A stretch of DNA of 32,000 bases from an uncultured Melioribacter sp. (GTDB lineage Bacteria; Bacteroidota; Ignavibacteria; Ignavibacteriales; Melioribacteraceae): positions 1,106,729 through 1,138,728 of the forward strand of contig CAZIJK010000001.1 of assembly GCA_964539605.1 (NCBI GenBank), given 5' to 3'. The notes below the pieces were generated by a model. That model had not been told where the DNA came from. It searched no databases and was given only the letters and a program-made list of their open reading frames with translations. Positions 19,588 through 29,330 of this stretch are shown in pieces. Made by a program: the position numbers and the translations under genes. Position 1 is the first letter of the stretch. Each line of letters starts with the position of its first letter.

Positions 19588-21819
19588 TTAAAACAAAAAT
19601 TTATAATTAATTTTGATGCTTCTTCCCGGCATTAGGGCAAAATCTTTAATTGCGCTTAAATGATCTCTGTAAGCTGTATTCAATATATTATCTGCCCGTA
19701 TGGTAACCATATGGAGATAACCGTAGGTCATCATCTTAACTCCAAAATATAAATCCAAAAGAGTAAAGCCGCTTGTTGCAGTCTCATATTCATTAATTGT
19801 ATTTTGAGCCCCGGTTAGTTTTAACAATACTCCTCCAAAATAATTATCATCGTTATAGCGCTGTTCAATTCCAAAACGGAAGGGGGGCATTTGTGGAATA
19901 TTTTGATTGGAAAATGAAAGCTTGCCTCTTACATAATCTGCCGTAACAGTTGTAGAAATATTTCTGCTAAATTCATATAAGGCTTTTAATTCAAATCCAT
20001 AAATCTGCGCGTCGTTTTGAACATACTTAAATACCGGCAGCCCCGTTGTTAAATTAATTTTACTCTCCTCAGATTCGGAATTGTAAAACAAATTAGTCGG
20101 CTCTCTGTAAATGTAATTGTTAAAAGAATTATAAAACGCGCTAACCTCAACGGTATGGTTAGCTTTTCTTACACGCAACCCGGCGTCTATACCAATATTA
20201 TTTTCATTACTCAATAATCTGCTACCAATATCAAAAGAGGCAGTTGCTTCATGTATTGAGTAGGAAGATAATTCCTCTATTGTGGGGGAGCGGTATGCAT
20301 TTGCTATATTGGCAAATAAAGAAATTTGGTCGCTAATGTTATAAACAAATCCAAAGCTGGCGCTAAAAGCATTAAATGTTTTTTTCTCGGCATCAAAGTC
20401 CACACCCGAAATTGTAGCTTTGGGAATATCTATGCTGTTTCTTTCAATTCGCAATCCAAGCTGAACATTAACATTATTAAATTTTGCCTGTTCAAATAAA
20501 TAGGCGGCAAATGCCGAATAGGTAGAGTTAGGTGTTAAAGCTTCTTCCCCCTCAACATTATATTTTTGATTCATTCCCCATATGCCTAAAACCCCTTGAA
20601 AAGTTTGTGCAATTAAAGCGTGCCTTAACGAAAAATCGAGGCTATAGTTTTTAAGAGCAAACGAGGTTCCAATTTCTCCGCTGGTTTTTATTATTTCCTG
20701 ATGAGAATAATCTTGATATCCCCCCTTAATACTAAAATTCTGGAACAAAGAGTTTTCAATTGAACTTTCGGCAGTAAAGCGAAATTCATCCTTCTTCATT
20801 CGAATTTCAATTGGCCCCTCTCCGTCGCCATTGCTGTTAAAAGGAATTCCATAATTGTTATTATAATTGGAATAACTTATTCCGGCGCGCCCGAAAGAGG
20901 GAATTAAAGAAATACCCATTTGATAGCCATTGCTTTCTACGCCGGTATTTAAAACCTTGGCGCCATTGCCGTCGGAATAATCACCATTTTTTCTGTCGAA
21001 GTAGTTTCCATGAAATGCCACTATTGATGCGCCGTAATGCATGTCCATACTTTTATTAATTTCATTGTTAACGCCGGAATATCCAACTTGAATATCACCA
21101 TCAATTTTTTGAGGAATGTAATTTGGAATAGCTTCGTTAATAATATTTATTACCCCTCCAATGGCATTATTTCCATATAATAAACTTGCAGGTCCCCGCA
21201 GAACTTCAACCTTTTCTGGTGAACTGCCGTCTGAAGAAACGGCATGATCGTCTGAAGAATTAGATAAATCTCCAATCCTCAATCCGTTTTCTAAAATTAA
21301 AACCCGGTTGTTGCTAAATCCTCTTATTACAGGTCGCGCAGTAGCCGAGCCGTTAGAGCGCATCGAAATACCGGGCTGAAAATTTAATAGCTGACCAATA
21401 TTGCTTACCGGATTAATTTGCATCTCCATACTGTTTATCAACAATGTACTTTGCGAAATTTGTTTTGGATCTTGAATTAATGGATTGCCGGTTACAACAA
21501 CTTCATCTAAATCCACATTGCTGTTTTCCATTACAAAATCAATTTCGGTGTCTTTAAAAATTTCAATCGACTTAACAATAGTTTTATGTCCTATGTAAGT
21601 AATCTTTATCTTGTAACTTCCCGAAGTTATATTATTAAATAAGAACTCGCCGCTATCATTTGTTTGCGTACCAATTTTAAGATCTTCCAAATAAACGTTG
21701 GCCCCAATAACAGGGTCTTTTGCTTCTATGTGAGTAACTTTCCCTTTTAACGAATAGTTCTGCGCAAGTAGTGGAACCGGAATAATAATCAGTAACAATA
21801 AAATTATTTTTTTTCTCAT
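19588..21819 (-). CDS. TonB-dependent receptor (CarboxypepD_reg + plug + 22-strand-type barrel)
   Basis: Signal peptide 'MRKKIILLLLIIIPVPLLA'. 'LKGKVTHIEAKDPVIGANVYL...GSYKIKITYIGHKT' (CarboxypepD_reg). 'LDEVVVTGNP' is TonB-box-like. Plug: 'RGFSNNRVLILENGLRIGD' and 'VEVLRGPASLLYGNNAIGGVINII'. The C-terminus 'SIKINYKFLF' ends in an aromatic residue. Confidence 0.9.
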   Translation of the reverse strand: MRKKIILLLLIIIPVPLLAQNYSLKGKVTHIEAKDPVIGANVYLEDLKIGTQTNDSGEFLFNNITSGSYKIKITYIGHKTIVKSIEIFKDTEIDFVMENSNVDLDEVVVTGNPLIQDPKQISQSTLLINSMEMQINPVSNIGQLLNFQPGISMRSNGSATARPVIRGFSNNRVLILENGLRIGDLSNSSDDHAVSSDGSSPEKVEVLRGPASLLYGNNAIGGVINIINEAIPNYIPQKIDGDIQVGYSGVNNEINKSMDMHYGASIVAFHGNYFDRKNGDYSDGNGAKVLNTGVESNGYQMGISLIPSFGRAGISYSNYNNNYGIPFNSNGDGEGPIEIRMKKDEFRFTAESSIENSLFQNFSIKGGYQDYSHQEIIKTSGEIGTSFALKNYSLDFSLRHALIAQTFQGVLGIWGMNQKYNVEGEEALTPNSTYSAFAAYLFEQAKFNNVNVQLGLRIERNSIDIPKATISGVDFDAEKKTFNAFSASFGFVYNISDQISLFANIANAYRSPTIEELSSYSIHEATASFDIGSRLLSNENNIGIDAGLRVRKANHTVEVSAFYNSFNNYIYREPTNLFYNSESEESKINLTTGLPVFKYVQNDAQIYGFELKALYEFSRNISTTVTADYVRGKLSFSNQNIPQMPPFRFGIEQRYNDDNYFGGVLLKLTGAQNTINEYETATSGFTLLDLYFGVKMMTYGYLHMVTIRADNILNTAYRDHLSAIKDFALMPGRSIKINYKFLF

Positions 21820-21968
21820 AACTTTTCCTTTGGGTAAATTAAAATCGTATGTATATCTAAAAAAATATTTATGAACATTATTAACATCAGCTAAAAAATG
21901 ACCTGGATATTAAATACACCAGCCAATAAAATATTTATTTAGAAGCCTGCTAAATTAAAAAGTAGTTA

Positions 21969-22304
21969 CTACGATATTTTAGGGGGAGCCCTTAATGAGG
22001 TGTAAAATAAATTTTGAGATTGAATGAACTTCTGGTCAACAAAATATTCAAGTAGTATAAATGAACTTTGGAATTGATAGTTATGCTGATTCAGAACAAT
22101 TGAAAAACTGCTTTGAATAAAAAAATCTAACTGACATGTATCTTTACCAAAACTAAATGGATCAGTAACATTTTGGGAACCGTATGCGGTTATCACTTCA
22201 TCATAATCAATTGAATGATTATGAGAGTGTAGAGCTACCGAAAAGAATAAAAGCGCATAGGCGGCAATTAAGGTACAACTTATATGTTTAGTAAACTTTT
22301 TCAT
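21969..22304 (-). CDS. small secreted or membrane-anchored protein with His cluster, unknown function
   Basis: I chose the internal start 'MKKFTKHISCTLIAAYALLFFSVALHSHNHS', an ATG at 22304..22302. The longer ORF-track version (to 22493) would overlap the divergent acs start. The protein has an N-terminal hydrophobic segment, an 'HSHNHS' cluster and the C-terminus 'SLRAPPKIS'. It lies upstream of the TonB-dependent receptor on the same strand. Confidence 0.5.
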   Translation of the reverse strand: MKKFTKHISCTLIAAYALLFFSVALHSHNHSIDYDEVITAYGSQNVTDPFSFGKDTCQLDFFIQSSFSIVLNQHNYQFQSSFILLEYFVDQKFIQSQNLFYTSLRAPPKIS

Positions 22305-22426
22305 TTTTAAGTGAGGCAAATATAAATTATAAAATAATTTAAGACAAACAGTCTCTTGATTTTTCTCTTTTATGCACCTAATTTGATATAGAATTAAAAT
22401 AAATTCAAAATTCAACAAGAGGACAC

Positions 22427-24319
22427 ATGGACAACAATAAATTATCGGGAGAAGTTTACTATCCATCTCAAGAAGTTTTAGATAAAGCAACAATCAAAAA
22501 CTGGGATGAGCTTAATGAGCGGGCTGCTAATAATTACGAGGCCTTTTGGGAAGAGCAGGCCGAAGAACTACACTGGTTTAAAAGATGGGATAAAGTATTA
22601 AACGAAACCGAAAAGCCATTTTATAAATGGTTCGAAGGGGGCTTAACAAATATTGCTTATAATTGCCTTGATGTTCATGTAAAAACCTTTAGAAGAAATA
22701 AACTTGCTTTAATTTGGGAAGGGGAAAATGGGGATAGTAAAACGTTCAGTTATTTTGCTCTTCACCGAGAAACTTGCCGCTTTGCAAATATTCTTAGAAG
22801 TCTTGGTGTTAAAAAAGGGGATAGAGTAACAATCTATATGGGAAGGGTTCCCGAAATTATGATTGCTATGCTTGCATGCGCTCGAATTGGTGCAATTCAT
22901 AGTGTTGTTTATGGAGGTTTTTCGGTTGAGTCGCTAGCCGAAAGAATTGAAGACAGCAACTCAAAAGTTCTAATAGTTTCCGATGGCGCATATCAAAGAG
23001 GTAAGATTGTTCCTTTAAAACAAATTGCAGATGAAGCTCTGCAACGCTGCGGTACTGTTGAGCATGTTCTTGTAGTTAAAAGAACCGGTGTGGAAGTTAA
23101 CATGGAATTTGGAAGAGACATGTGGTACCACGAACTGATTAATCTTCCAATTGCCTCTAAAGAATGCGCACTCGAAAAGATGGATGCAGAAGATCCTTTG
23201 TTTATTCTTTACACTTCGGGTACTACCGGTAAACCAAAGGCTATTCTTCATACTCATGGGGGATACATGGTTGGTACATACACATCGTTAAAATATGTTT
23301 TCGATATTAAGGAAGAGGATAGATATTGGTGCGCAGCAGATCCGGGATGGATTACCGGGCACAGTTATATTGTTTATGGTCCTTTGTTAAATGGAACAAC
23401 ATCTTTCATGTACGAAGGAGCTCCTAATTTCCCATATCCTAACCGCTGGTGGCAAATGATTGAAAAGTATGGAATAAATATTCTTTACACGGCGCCAACT
23501 GCAATTAGGGGATTGATGCGCTTTGGAGAATCTTGGGTTAACCGTCACGATCTTTCCTCTTTACGTTTGTTAGGATCTGTTGGAGAGCCAATTAATCCGG
23601 AAGCGTGGCGTTGGTACAGCAAAGTTGTAGGAAGAGAGAAATGCCCAATAATGGATACTTGGTGGCAAACCGAGACAGGCATGTTTATGATTACTCCAAT
23701 GCCCTGCGTGCCTCTTAAACCGGGATCCGGGACTAAACCATTCCCTGGAATTGTAATGGATGTTGTGGATGATCATGGTAATAGTGTAAAACCAAACGAG
23801 GAGGGATTTTTAATTATTAAAACACCTTGGCCCGCAATGATAAGAACAGTTTACAAAGATCCCGAAAGATATATTCAGCAGTATTGGTCTAAATATCCCG
23901 GCTATTATTTAACCGGAGATAGTGTTAGAAGAGATGAAGATGGATATTTTTGGATTATAGGAAGAGTTGATGATGTTATAAAGGTTAGCGGCTACCGCTT
24001 AGGTACTGCCGAAATTGAAAGCGCTTTAGTTAGTCATTCTTCCGTTGCCGAGGCAGCTGCAATTGGTTTGCCCCACGAAGTAAAAGGAAATGCAATTTAC
24101 GCTTATGTAATTCTTAAAAACGGAATTGCAAAAAGTACAACATTGGTCGAAGAACTTCGTCAGCATGTAAGCCACGAGGTTGGACCAATTGCAAAACCGG
24201 AACATATTGAAATTGTTGAAAGCCTTCCTAAAACTAGATCGGGAAAAATTATGAGAAGAGTTCTTAAGGCTAGGGCATTGGGGCAAGACCCGGGAAATAT
24301 TTCTACCTTAGAGGAATAG
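22427..24319 (+). CDS. acs: acetyl-CoA synthetase (AMP-forming)
   Basis: 'YTSGTTGKPKA' AMP-binding motif, 'WWQTETG', 'YYLTGD' and 'PKTRSGKIMRR' (C-terminal catalytic/acetylatable Lys motif). Length 630 aa, with a typical Acs N-terminus 'FWEEQAEELHWFKRWDKVL'. Confidence 0.95.
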   Translation: MDNNKLSGEVYYPSQEVLDKATIKNWDELNERAANNYEAFWEEQAEELHWFKRWDKVLNETEKPFYKWFEGGLTNIAYNCLDVHVKTFRRNKLALIWEGENGDSKTFSYFALHRETCRFANILRSLGVKKGDRVTIYMGRVPEIMIAMLACARIGAIHSVVYGGFSVESLAERIEDSNSKVLIVSDGAYQRGKIVPLKQIADEALQRCGTVEHVLVVKRTGVEVNMEFGRDMWYHELINLPIASKECALEKMDAEDPLFILYTSGTTGKPKAILHTHGGYMVGTYTSLKYVFDIKEEDRYWCAADPGWITGHSYIVYGPLLNGTTSFMYEGAPNFPYPNRWWQMIEKYGINILYTAPTAIRGLMRFGESWVNRHDLSSLRLLGSVGEPINPEAWRWYSKVVGREKCPIMDTWWQTETGMFMITPMPCVPLKPGSGTKPFPGIVMDVVDDHGNSVKPNEEGFLIIKTPWPAMIRTVYKDPERYIQQYWSKYPGYYLTGDSVRRDEDGYFWIIGRVDDVIKVSGYRLGTAEIESALVSHSSVAEAAAIGLPHEVKGNAIYAYVILKNGIAKSTTLVEELRQHVSHEVGPIAKPEHIEIVESLPKTRSGKIMRRVLKARALGQDPGNISTLEE

Positions 24320-24348
24320 AACAATTTTTATTTAGAGTTGTTTTAACT

Positions 24349-24386
24349 AAGCCCGCTATGGATAATAATTCCTAGCGGGCTTTTTA
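24349..24386 (+). terminator. Rho-independent terminator downstream of acs
   Basis: AAGCCCGCT (24349..24357) pairs with AGCGGGCTT (24374..24382), a GC-rich 9-bp stem, followed by a T5 run. Confidence 0.7.
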
Positions 24387-24512
24387 CTGACTAATTGTTT
24401 TGAGTAAATTTACAATAATAAAAATAGTGTATAAATTATTGTACTTTATAAATGTAAATAGTCTCTTAATTTGTTTACGCATTTAACCACTCAGAAGGAA
24501 ATCTAAAACAAG

Positions 24513-26747
24513 ATGTTACAAGACAAAAAAGTTTTTATTGTCGCGGCATTTTTCCTCTTCAGTTCAATTATTTTTGCTCAGGAATTTGGAACATTAAGAG
24601 GGCTAGTTAGCGATTCCACATCCTCCGAAGCTTTGTCTTATTGCAATGCTTATATCAAAGAGTTAGGAAAAGGTGCTAATTCCGATTCCCGTGGGTATTT
24701 TTTAATCCCGGGCATTCCTCTTAATAAAGATTACACTCTTATAGTTTCTTATGTTGGTTACAGAACTAAATATATTCCCATTCGATTAAAAACTACAAAG
24801 GTTACCCAGTACAACATTGCATTAACTTCAACAGATATTCAGTATAAAACAATTGAGCAGACTGCAAAAAGAGTTACCGAAACAAACGAAACCAATATTA
24901 GCATACAAAGAATTTCTCCTAAGTATTTGGAATCTATTCCCAAAGGTGTGGAAACAGATGTTTTTCGATCTATTAAATACTTGGCCGGTGTGCAATCCAC
25001 CGGAGATGTTTCTGCAAAATATTATGTGCGCGGCGGCGCAAGCAATCAAAATTTAGTTCTCGTTGATGGAATAACAATTTACAATCCCTTTCATGCATTG
25101 GGATTATTCAGCGTTGTAGATCCGGATGTTGTTAACAGCATAGATTTTTACAAAGGGGGATTCGGAGCCCAATTTGGAGGAAGACTTTCATCTGTTATGA
25201 TGATTAATACAAAAGATGGAAACAGAAATAAATTTGGCAGTAAAGTTGGGCTGAGTTTACTCTCTACAAAATTATTAGTCGAAGGGCCTATACCAAACGG
25301 TTCATTCATTATTTCGGGAAGAAAGAGTTACTCAAACGAAATAACTAAAAAATTTCTGAACGAAAAAAGTGTTCCATTGGATTTTTACGACTTCTCTTTC
25401 AAAGCCAATTATGCCAATCCCAATTTTATAGAGGGAGCTAAATTTTCGGTAAACGGATTTGTAAGTAACGATAATTTATTTAGCAGCGATCCTTTGGTGG
25501 AAGATTATAAATGGTCCAACAATACATTTGGTTTCAAATGGTTTCAGGTAGGTGATGTTCCTCTGTTTTTTGAAATTGGTGTAACTGCCAGCTCTTTTAA
25601 GGGGGATAGAATTCCCAAATTCAGCGGAGTTTTTGAACTGAGTAATAAAGTTGAAGACATTGGAATCAATATGAATTTTACCTACATGTTCGAAACAAGG
25701 GATGAAATTAATATTGGATTTAATATTCGAAAAATATCTACTCAGCTAAATTTAGAAAATGCTGTTGGCGATCCAATTAAAGTTAATTCTTCCGGAACAA
25801 ACATTATTCTTTTTGGCCGTTATAATTTTCTTCAAATCGATCAGGTTAAATTCGATATCGGCGCGCGCTTAAATCTTATTTCAATTTCGCAAAGCGATAA
25901 AAAAATAAATTTTGAACCACGTCTTAATTTGTCTTACAAATTGCTCGAAGGACTTGTTCTTAAGAGCGCTTTCGGAATTTATCAGCAGGAGCTTACCACT
26001 TTAACAAACGAAAACGAAGTTATAAATATTTTTGAACCTTGGGTTGTTACACCTAATTATTTACCCCCTTCAAAATCTGTTCATTATATAGCCGGCATGG
26101 ATATAAGCTTGTTCGACAATCTTACAATTAATTTGGAAGGCTACTATAAAGATTCGAAAAATTTGGCAATACTTAACCAGAATAAAGTGTTTGTAAACGA
26201 TCAGGATTTTATTGTTAGCGACAGCGAATCTTCGGGATTAGAAATATCTTCACATCTGGATATGAATGTTTTTGCTTTTAATCTTGCTTACGCATATTCT
26301 CATTCCTACCGCAAATTAAACGACAAAATATTTTATCCCAAATATGATGTTAGGCACAGCTTAAACCTTTCGGTAGATTTGGATATTGGCTACGGATGGA
26401 CTGCAAGCACTGTTTGGGTTTATTCATCGGGACTTCCCTTTACTCAAATTATTGGCTATTACGATAAATATTATTTCAACAATTTTTTTACTACCTGGGA
26501 TAAAAACGATCCAAGAAGACCTTACACAATTCTTGGCGTTCAAAATTTGGGAAGACTACCCGATTATCACCGTTTGGATTTTACTGTTTCCAAAAAATTT
26601 AGACTTGAGCCATTTGGCTTTGACCTTAGCTTTAGTATTATTAATGCATACGACAGAAAAAACATTTTTTACTTTAAACGAGATACGGGGGAAAGAGTAA
26701 ATATGCTTCCATTTTTACCAAGTGCAACAGTTCGAGTTGAATTATGA
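24513..26747 (+). CDS. TonB-dependent-receptor-like outer-membrane protein (CarboxypepD_reg + plug + barrel), of the type usually paired with DUF4249 lipoproteins
   Basis: Signal peptide 'MLQDKKVFIVAAFFLFSSIIFA'. 'LRGLVSDSTSSEALSYCNAYIKEL...DYTLIVSYVGYRT' (CarboxypepD_reg). Plug: 'VFRSIKYLAGVQSTGDVSAKYYVRGGASNQNLVLVDGITIYNPFHALGLFSVVD' and 'FYKGGFGAQFGGRLSSVMMINTKDG'. Barrel-like C-terminal part. ATGA overlap with the next gene. Confidence 0.85.
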   Translation: MLQDKKVFIVAAFFLFSSIIFAQEFGTLRGLVSDSTSSEALSYCNAYIKELGKGANSDSRGYFLIPGIPLNKDYTLIVSYVGYRTKYIPIRLKTTKVTQYNIALTSTDIQYKTIEQTAKRVTETNETNISIQRISPKYLESIPKGVETDVFRSIKYLAGVQSTGDVSAKYYVRGGASNQNLVLVDGITIYNPFHALGLFSVVDPDVVNSIDFYKGGFGAQFGGRLSSVMMINTKDGNRNKFGSKVGLSLLSTKLLVEGPIPNGSFIISGRKSYSNEITKKFLNEKSVPLDFYDFSFKANYANPNFIEGAKFSVNGFVSNDNLFSSDPLVEDYKWSNNTFGFKWFQVGDVPLFFEIGVTASSFKGDRIPKFSGVFELSNKVEDIGINMNFTYMFETRDEINIGFNIRKISTQLNLENAVGDPIKVNSSGTNIILFGRYNFLQIDQVKFDIGARLNLISISQSDKKINFEPRLNLSYKLLEGLVLKSAFGIYQQELTTLTNENEVINIFEPWVVTPNYLPPSKSVHYIAGMDISLFDNLTINLEGYYKDSKNLAILNQNKVFVNDQDFIVSDSESSGLEISSHLDMNVFAFNLAYAYSHSYRKLNDKIFYPKYDVRHSLNLSVDLDIGYGWTASTVWVYSSGLPFTQIIGYYDKYYFNNFFTTWDKNDPRRPYTILGVQNLGRLPDYHRLDFTVSKKFRLEPFGFDLSFSIINAYDRKNIFYFKRDTGERVNMLPFLPSATVRVEL

Positions 26748-27712
26748 AAAATGCGCTATTAGTTTTATTTATTATGATACTAACATTTTCCTGCGAAGAA
26801 AATTTTAATCCCTACGGAGGTTTTAAAGAGAGATATATTTTAACTTGCATTCTTCGCGGAGATACAACATTTCAAACTGCATACTTAACCAAAACTTATA
26901 GTGTTAATAATTACGATCCCTATTCGTATGTTAACGATGTGCATGTTAAAGGGGCGCTGATTCGTGTATGGAACGGGGATTCCATTAATGTCTTTAGAGA
27001 TACTTCGGTTCAAAGAGCTCCAAATTCAAAATACACCTCTCCTAATTCTCTTTACTATACCAAAAATTTTAAGATTAACACCGAAAAACTTGTTGAAATA
27101 GAAGCAGTACTTCCGGATGGAAAAAGATTATCCTCCAGTTCACTTCCCCCTAGACCTATTAAACTGCAATACCTCGAAAAATCAATTCCTGCAAAAATCG
27201 GAAGCAATATTAAATTTACCTGGGATGCCGGAGACAGAAAACAATCTTTTGTTTCAAAGCTTTCTATCTTTTATGTAAAACACGAGGGGGGAAAAGAGCT
27301 TTTTAATCAAATTCAAATTCCTATGCAGTATGTTGCTTCGGGTAATAACAGTGTTCCAATTTATCCTCAGCCTTCAAACAGTAATTCTTTTGTTGCAGAT
27401 ATTGCAACGGTTGATAAAACAATGGAATTAATTTCGGCCGGCGATAGCGATAAAAGCAAATATGAAATTCTTTCCGCATTTTTAGAAATTATTGCTTTCG
27501 ATGCCAACCTTAGCGCTTATTTTAATGCAACAAGCCGAAGTTCCGATTCCTATTCGGTTAAATTGGATGAAACAGATTATTCCAACATAGATTATGCTTA
27601 TGGAGTTTTTGGAGTTTTCTTAAAAGAAAATTTCAATATCCCAATTACCGGACCATATATTAGGGGGTTTGGATATAAGCCGGGGCCTAGTGTTATAGAT
27701 TTTCCTTTGTAG
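26744..27712 (+). CDS. lipoprotein, DUF4249-like (partner of the upstream receptor), function unknown
   Basis: Lipoprotein signal 'MKNALLVLFIMILTFSC' followed by acidic 'EEN'. About 320 aa and predicted beta-rich. Position, size and N-terminal pattern ('ERYILTCILRGDTTFQTAYLTKTY', 'VKGALIRVWNGDS') match my recollection of the DUF4249 family found next to such receptors. Not verified by HMM. Confidence 0.6.
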   Translation: MKNALLVLFIMILTFSCEENFNPYGGFKERYILTCILRGDTTFQTAYLTKTYSVNNYDPYSYVNDVHVKGALIRVWNGDSINVFRDTSVQRAPNSKYTSPNSLYYTKNFKINTEKLVEIEAVLPDGKRLSSSSLPPRPIKLQYLEKSIPAKIGSNIKFTWDAGDRKQSFVSKLSIFYVKHEGGKELFNQIQIPMQYVASGNNSVPIYPQPSNSNSFVADIATVDKTMELISAGDSDKSKYEILSAFLEIIAFDANLSAYFNATSRSSDSYSVKLDETDYSNIDYAYGVFGVFLKENFNIPITGPYIRGFGYKPGPSVIDFPL

Positions 27713-27759
27713 GTATTTATATAATTATGTTAATTCTCAAAAGGACTTGTTAATTAGTT

Positions 27760-29217
27760 ATGAAAAAAAATTTTTATATAATCTTTTTATCTCTATCACT
27801 GTTTCTTTTATCCTGCGAAAAGGAAGTGTTCACTTCTATTGTAGAACCTGCAAATTATGCTATAGGTAAAATGCTGGTCGAAACTAATCCATCCGGATTT
27901 AATATTTATGTAGATAATAAAAATATGGGTTTAAAAACTCCGGATACTGTTAAGTGGCTTTTGCCAGGTCAACGTAAACTCACAATAAAAAACGAACTTT
28001 ACCCAGATACCTCAATTAATCTGAATGTATCGGAAGTTTCTTTAACAAAAGTAAAAATTGATGTTACTCTTAATCCCCGGTTCTATGCAAAACTTTATTT
28101 AAAGTCCAACCCAAATGCTTCTAGAGTATCTCTAAACGGTAAGCCAACTAATTTTATAACTCCAGCTTATTTAACAAGTTTAACACCTGGCAATTATAAA
28201 ATTACATTCTCAAAAAATGAATGCAGAAGCGACAGCGTTACACTTAAAATTAAAGGGGGAATGTGGACCGAATATGTAATGGAACTTGAAGACACATCAA
28301 ACGCGGTAGATTACCGTATCAAAAATTCTAAAATAATTAGCGACTATCTTTTATGTGTTCTAGTTGACAACAACAATATTAAATGGATCGGTTCTTCTGA
28401 TAAAGGATTATTCAGTTACGATGGAAAAGTATTCACCTCCTACAGCAATTATATTCCAAGCAACAGAATAAACCATTTATTCTTGGACAGTAAAAACCGA
28501 ATGTGGATTTCTACAAGCACCGGATTATATTATAAAGAGGGAAATAGTTTTAACAGCTTTGATGTTAAGTTGGCAAATAAATATATAACATATGTAAACG
28601 AAGATAAATTGGGTAATATTTGGATATGTACAACAGATGGTCTTTTCATATTCGAGAATAATATTCTTAAAGAAATCGACACTCACAACTCTTCTATTGT
28701 TTATAAAAGTTTTAGCTGTATTGTCTTCGATAAAAATAACAAGGCTTGGATCGGTACAGATTATTATCAGCTTGTTTCTTATTATAAAGGTTCATGGGTA
28801 CTTGAAAGCATAGCCTCACAGGAGGAATTGCCTGAAGGGTTGGGGCCTAGTGTTAGTTCGGTAATAGTGAATTCAAACCAAAATATTTTGGCATTTGTCT
28901 ATGGAGATCCACGTAATTCGGCGGCCAATAAGCTCATTCAATTCGATCCAACAAAATCATCATGGTCAGTATTCGATCTTAAACAGCAATTCCCAATTCA
29001 AATTGTATCGATGAAGCTCGATTCTAATAACGACTTATGGGCTAGTTCCAAGGAAGGTCTTTTAAGGTACAGCAATATAAAAGCACCAATTCTGTTTAAC
29101 ACTTACGATTACAGCTTTTATTCAAAATATTGCACCGGTTCGCATATGGATAAAAATAAAATTGTTTGGGTTACTACTATGGGAGGGGGATTAATAAAAT
29201 TAAAAAAAGGATTTTAG
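27760..29217 (+). CDS. lipoprotein with two PEGA domains and a seven-blade Reg_prop-type (two-component-regulator propeller) beta-propeller; no output domain
   Basis: Lipobox 'LFLLSC'. PEGA-like: 'LVETNPSGFNIYVDNKNMGLKTPDTVKWLLPGQRKLTIKNELY' and 'LYLKSNPNASRVSLNGKPTNFITPAYLTSLTPGNYKITFSKNE'. Repeats of about 40 aa: 'VDNNNIKWIGSSDKGLFSYDG', 'DSKNRMWISTSTGLYY', 'EDKLGNIWICTTDGLFIF', 'DKNNKAWIGTD', 'DSNNDLWASSKEGLLRY' and 'DKNKIVWVTTMGGGLIKL'. Confidence 0.75.
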   Translation: MKKNFYIIFLSLSLFLLSCEKEVFTSIVEPANYAIGKMLVETNPSGFNIYVDNKNMGLKTPDTVKWLLPGQRKLTIKNELYPDTSINLNVSEVSLTKVKIDVTLNPRFYAKLYLKSNPNASRVSLNGKPTNFITPAYLTSLTPGNYKITFSKNECRSDSVTLKIKGGMWTEYVMELEDTSNAVDYRIKNSKIISDYLLCVLVDNNNIKWIGSSDKGLFSYDGKVFTSYSNYIPSNRINHLFLDSKNRMWISTSTGLYYKEGNSFNSFDVKLANKYITYVNEDKLGNIWICTTDGLFIFENNILKEIDTHNSSIVYKSFSCIVFDKNNKAWIGTDYYQLVSYYKGSWVLESIASQEELPEGLGPSVSSVIVNSNQNILAFVYGDPRNSAANKLIQFDPTKSSWSVFDLKQQFPIQIVSMKLDSNNDLWASSKEGLLRYSNIKAPILFNTYDYSFYSKYCTGSHMDKNKIVWVTTMGGGLIKLKKGF

Positions 29218-29330
29218 TTATAAGAAAAAATGAAAAATAAAATTTCTGACCAGTTCTAAATGGTATTCTCATATTTTTTGCATATAAATTGTTGAGTAAA
29301 TAATTTTAACATATACATAAGGCCGGCAAT

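Noticed and set aside
21820-21968. Possible riboswitch (for example cobalamin) or Fur/Zur box in the leader of the minus-strand TonB-dependent receptor
   Set aside because: The 149-bp region is extremely AT-rich and has no GC-paired helices, B12-box-like element or clear palindrome that I could see. It is also too short for a cobalamin riboswitch.
22305-22493. Upstream 63 codons of the minus-strand ORF 21969..22493
   Set aside because: They would overlap the divergent acs start (22427) and its promoter region, and the composition is odd ('IYCCPCVLLLNFEFILILY'). The internal 'MKKFTKH...' start gives a normal signal-anchor N-terminus.
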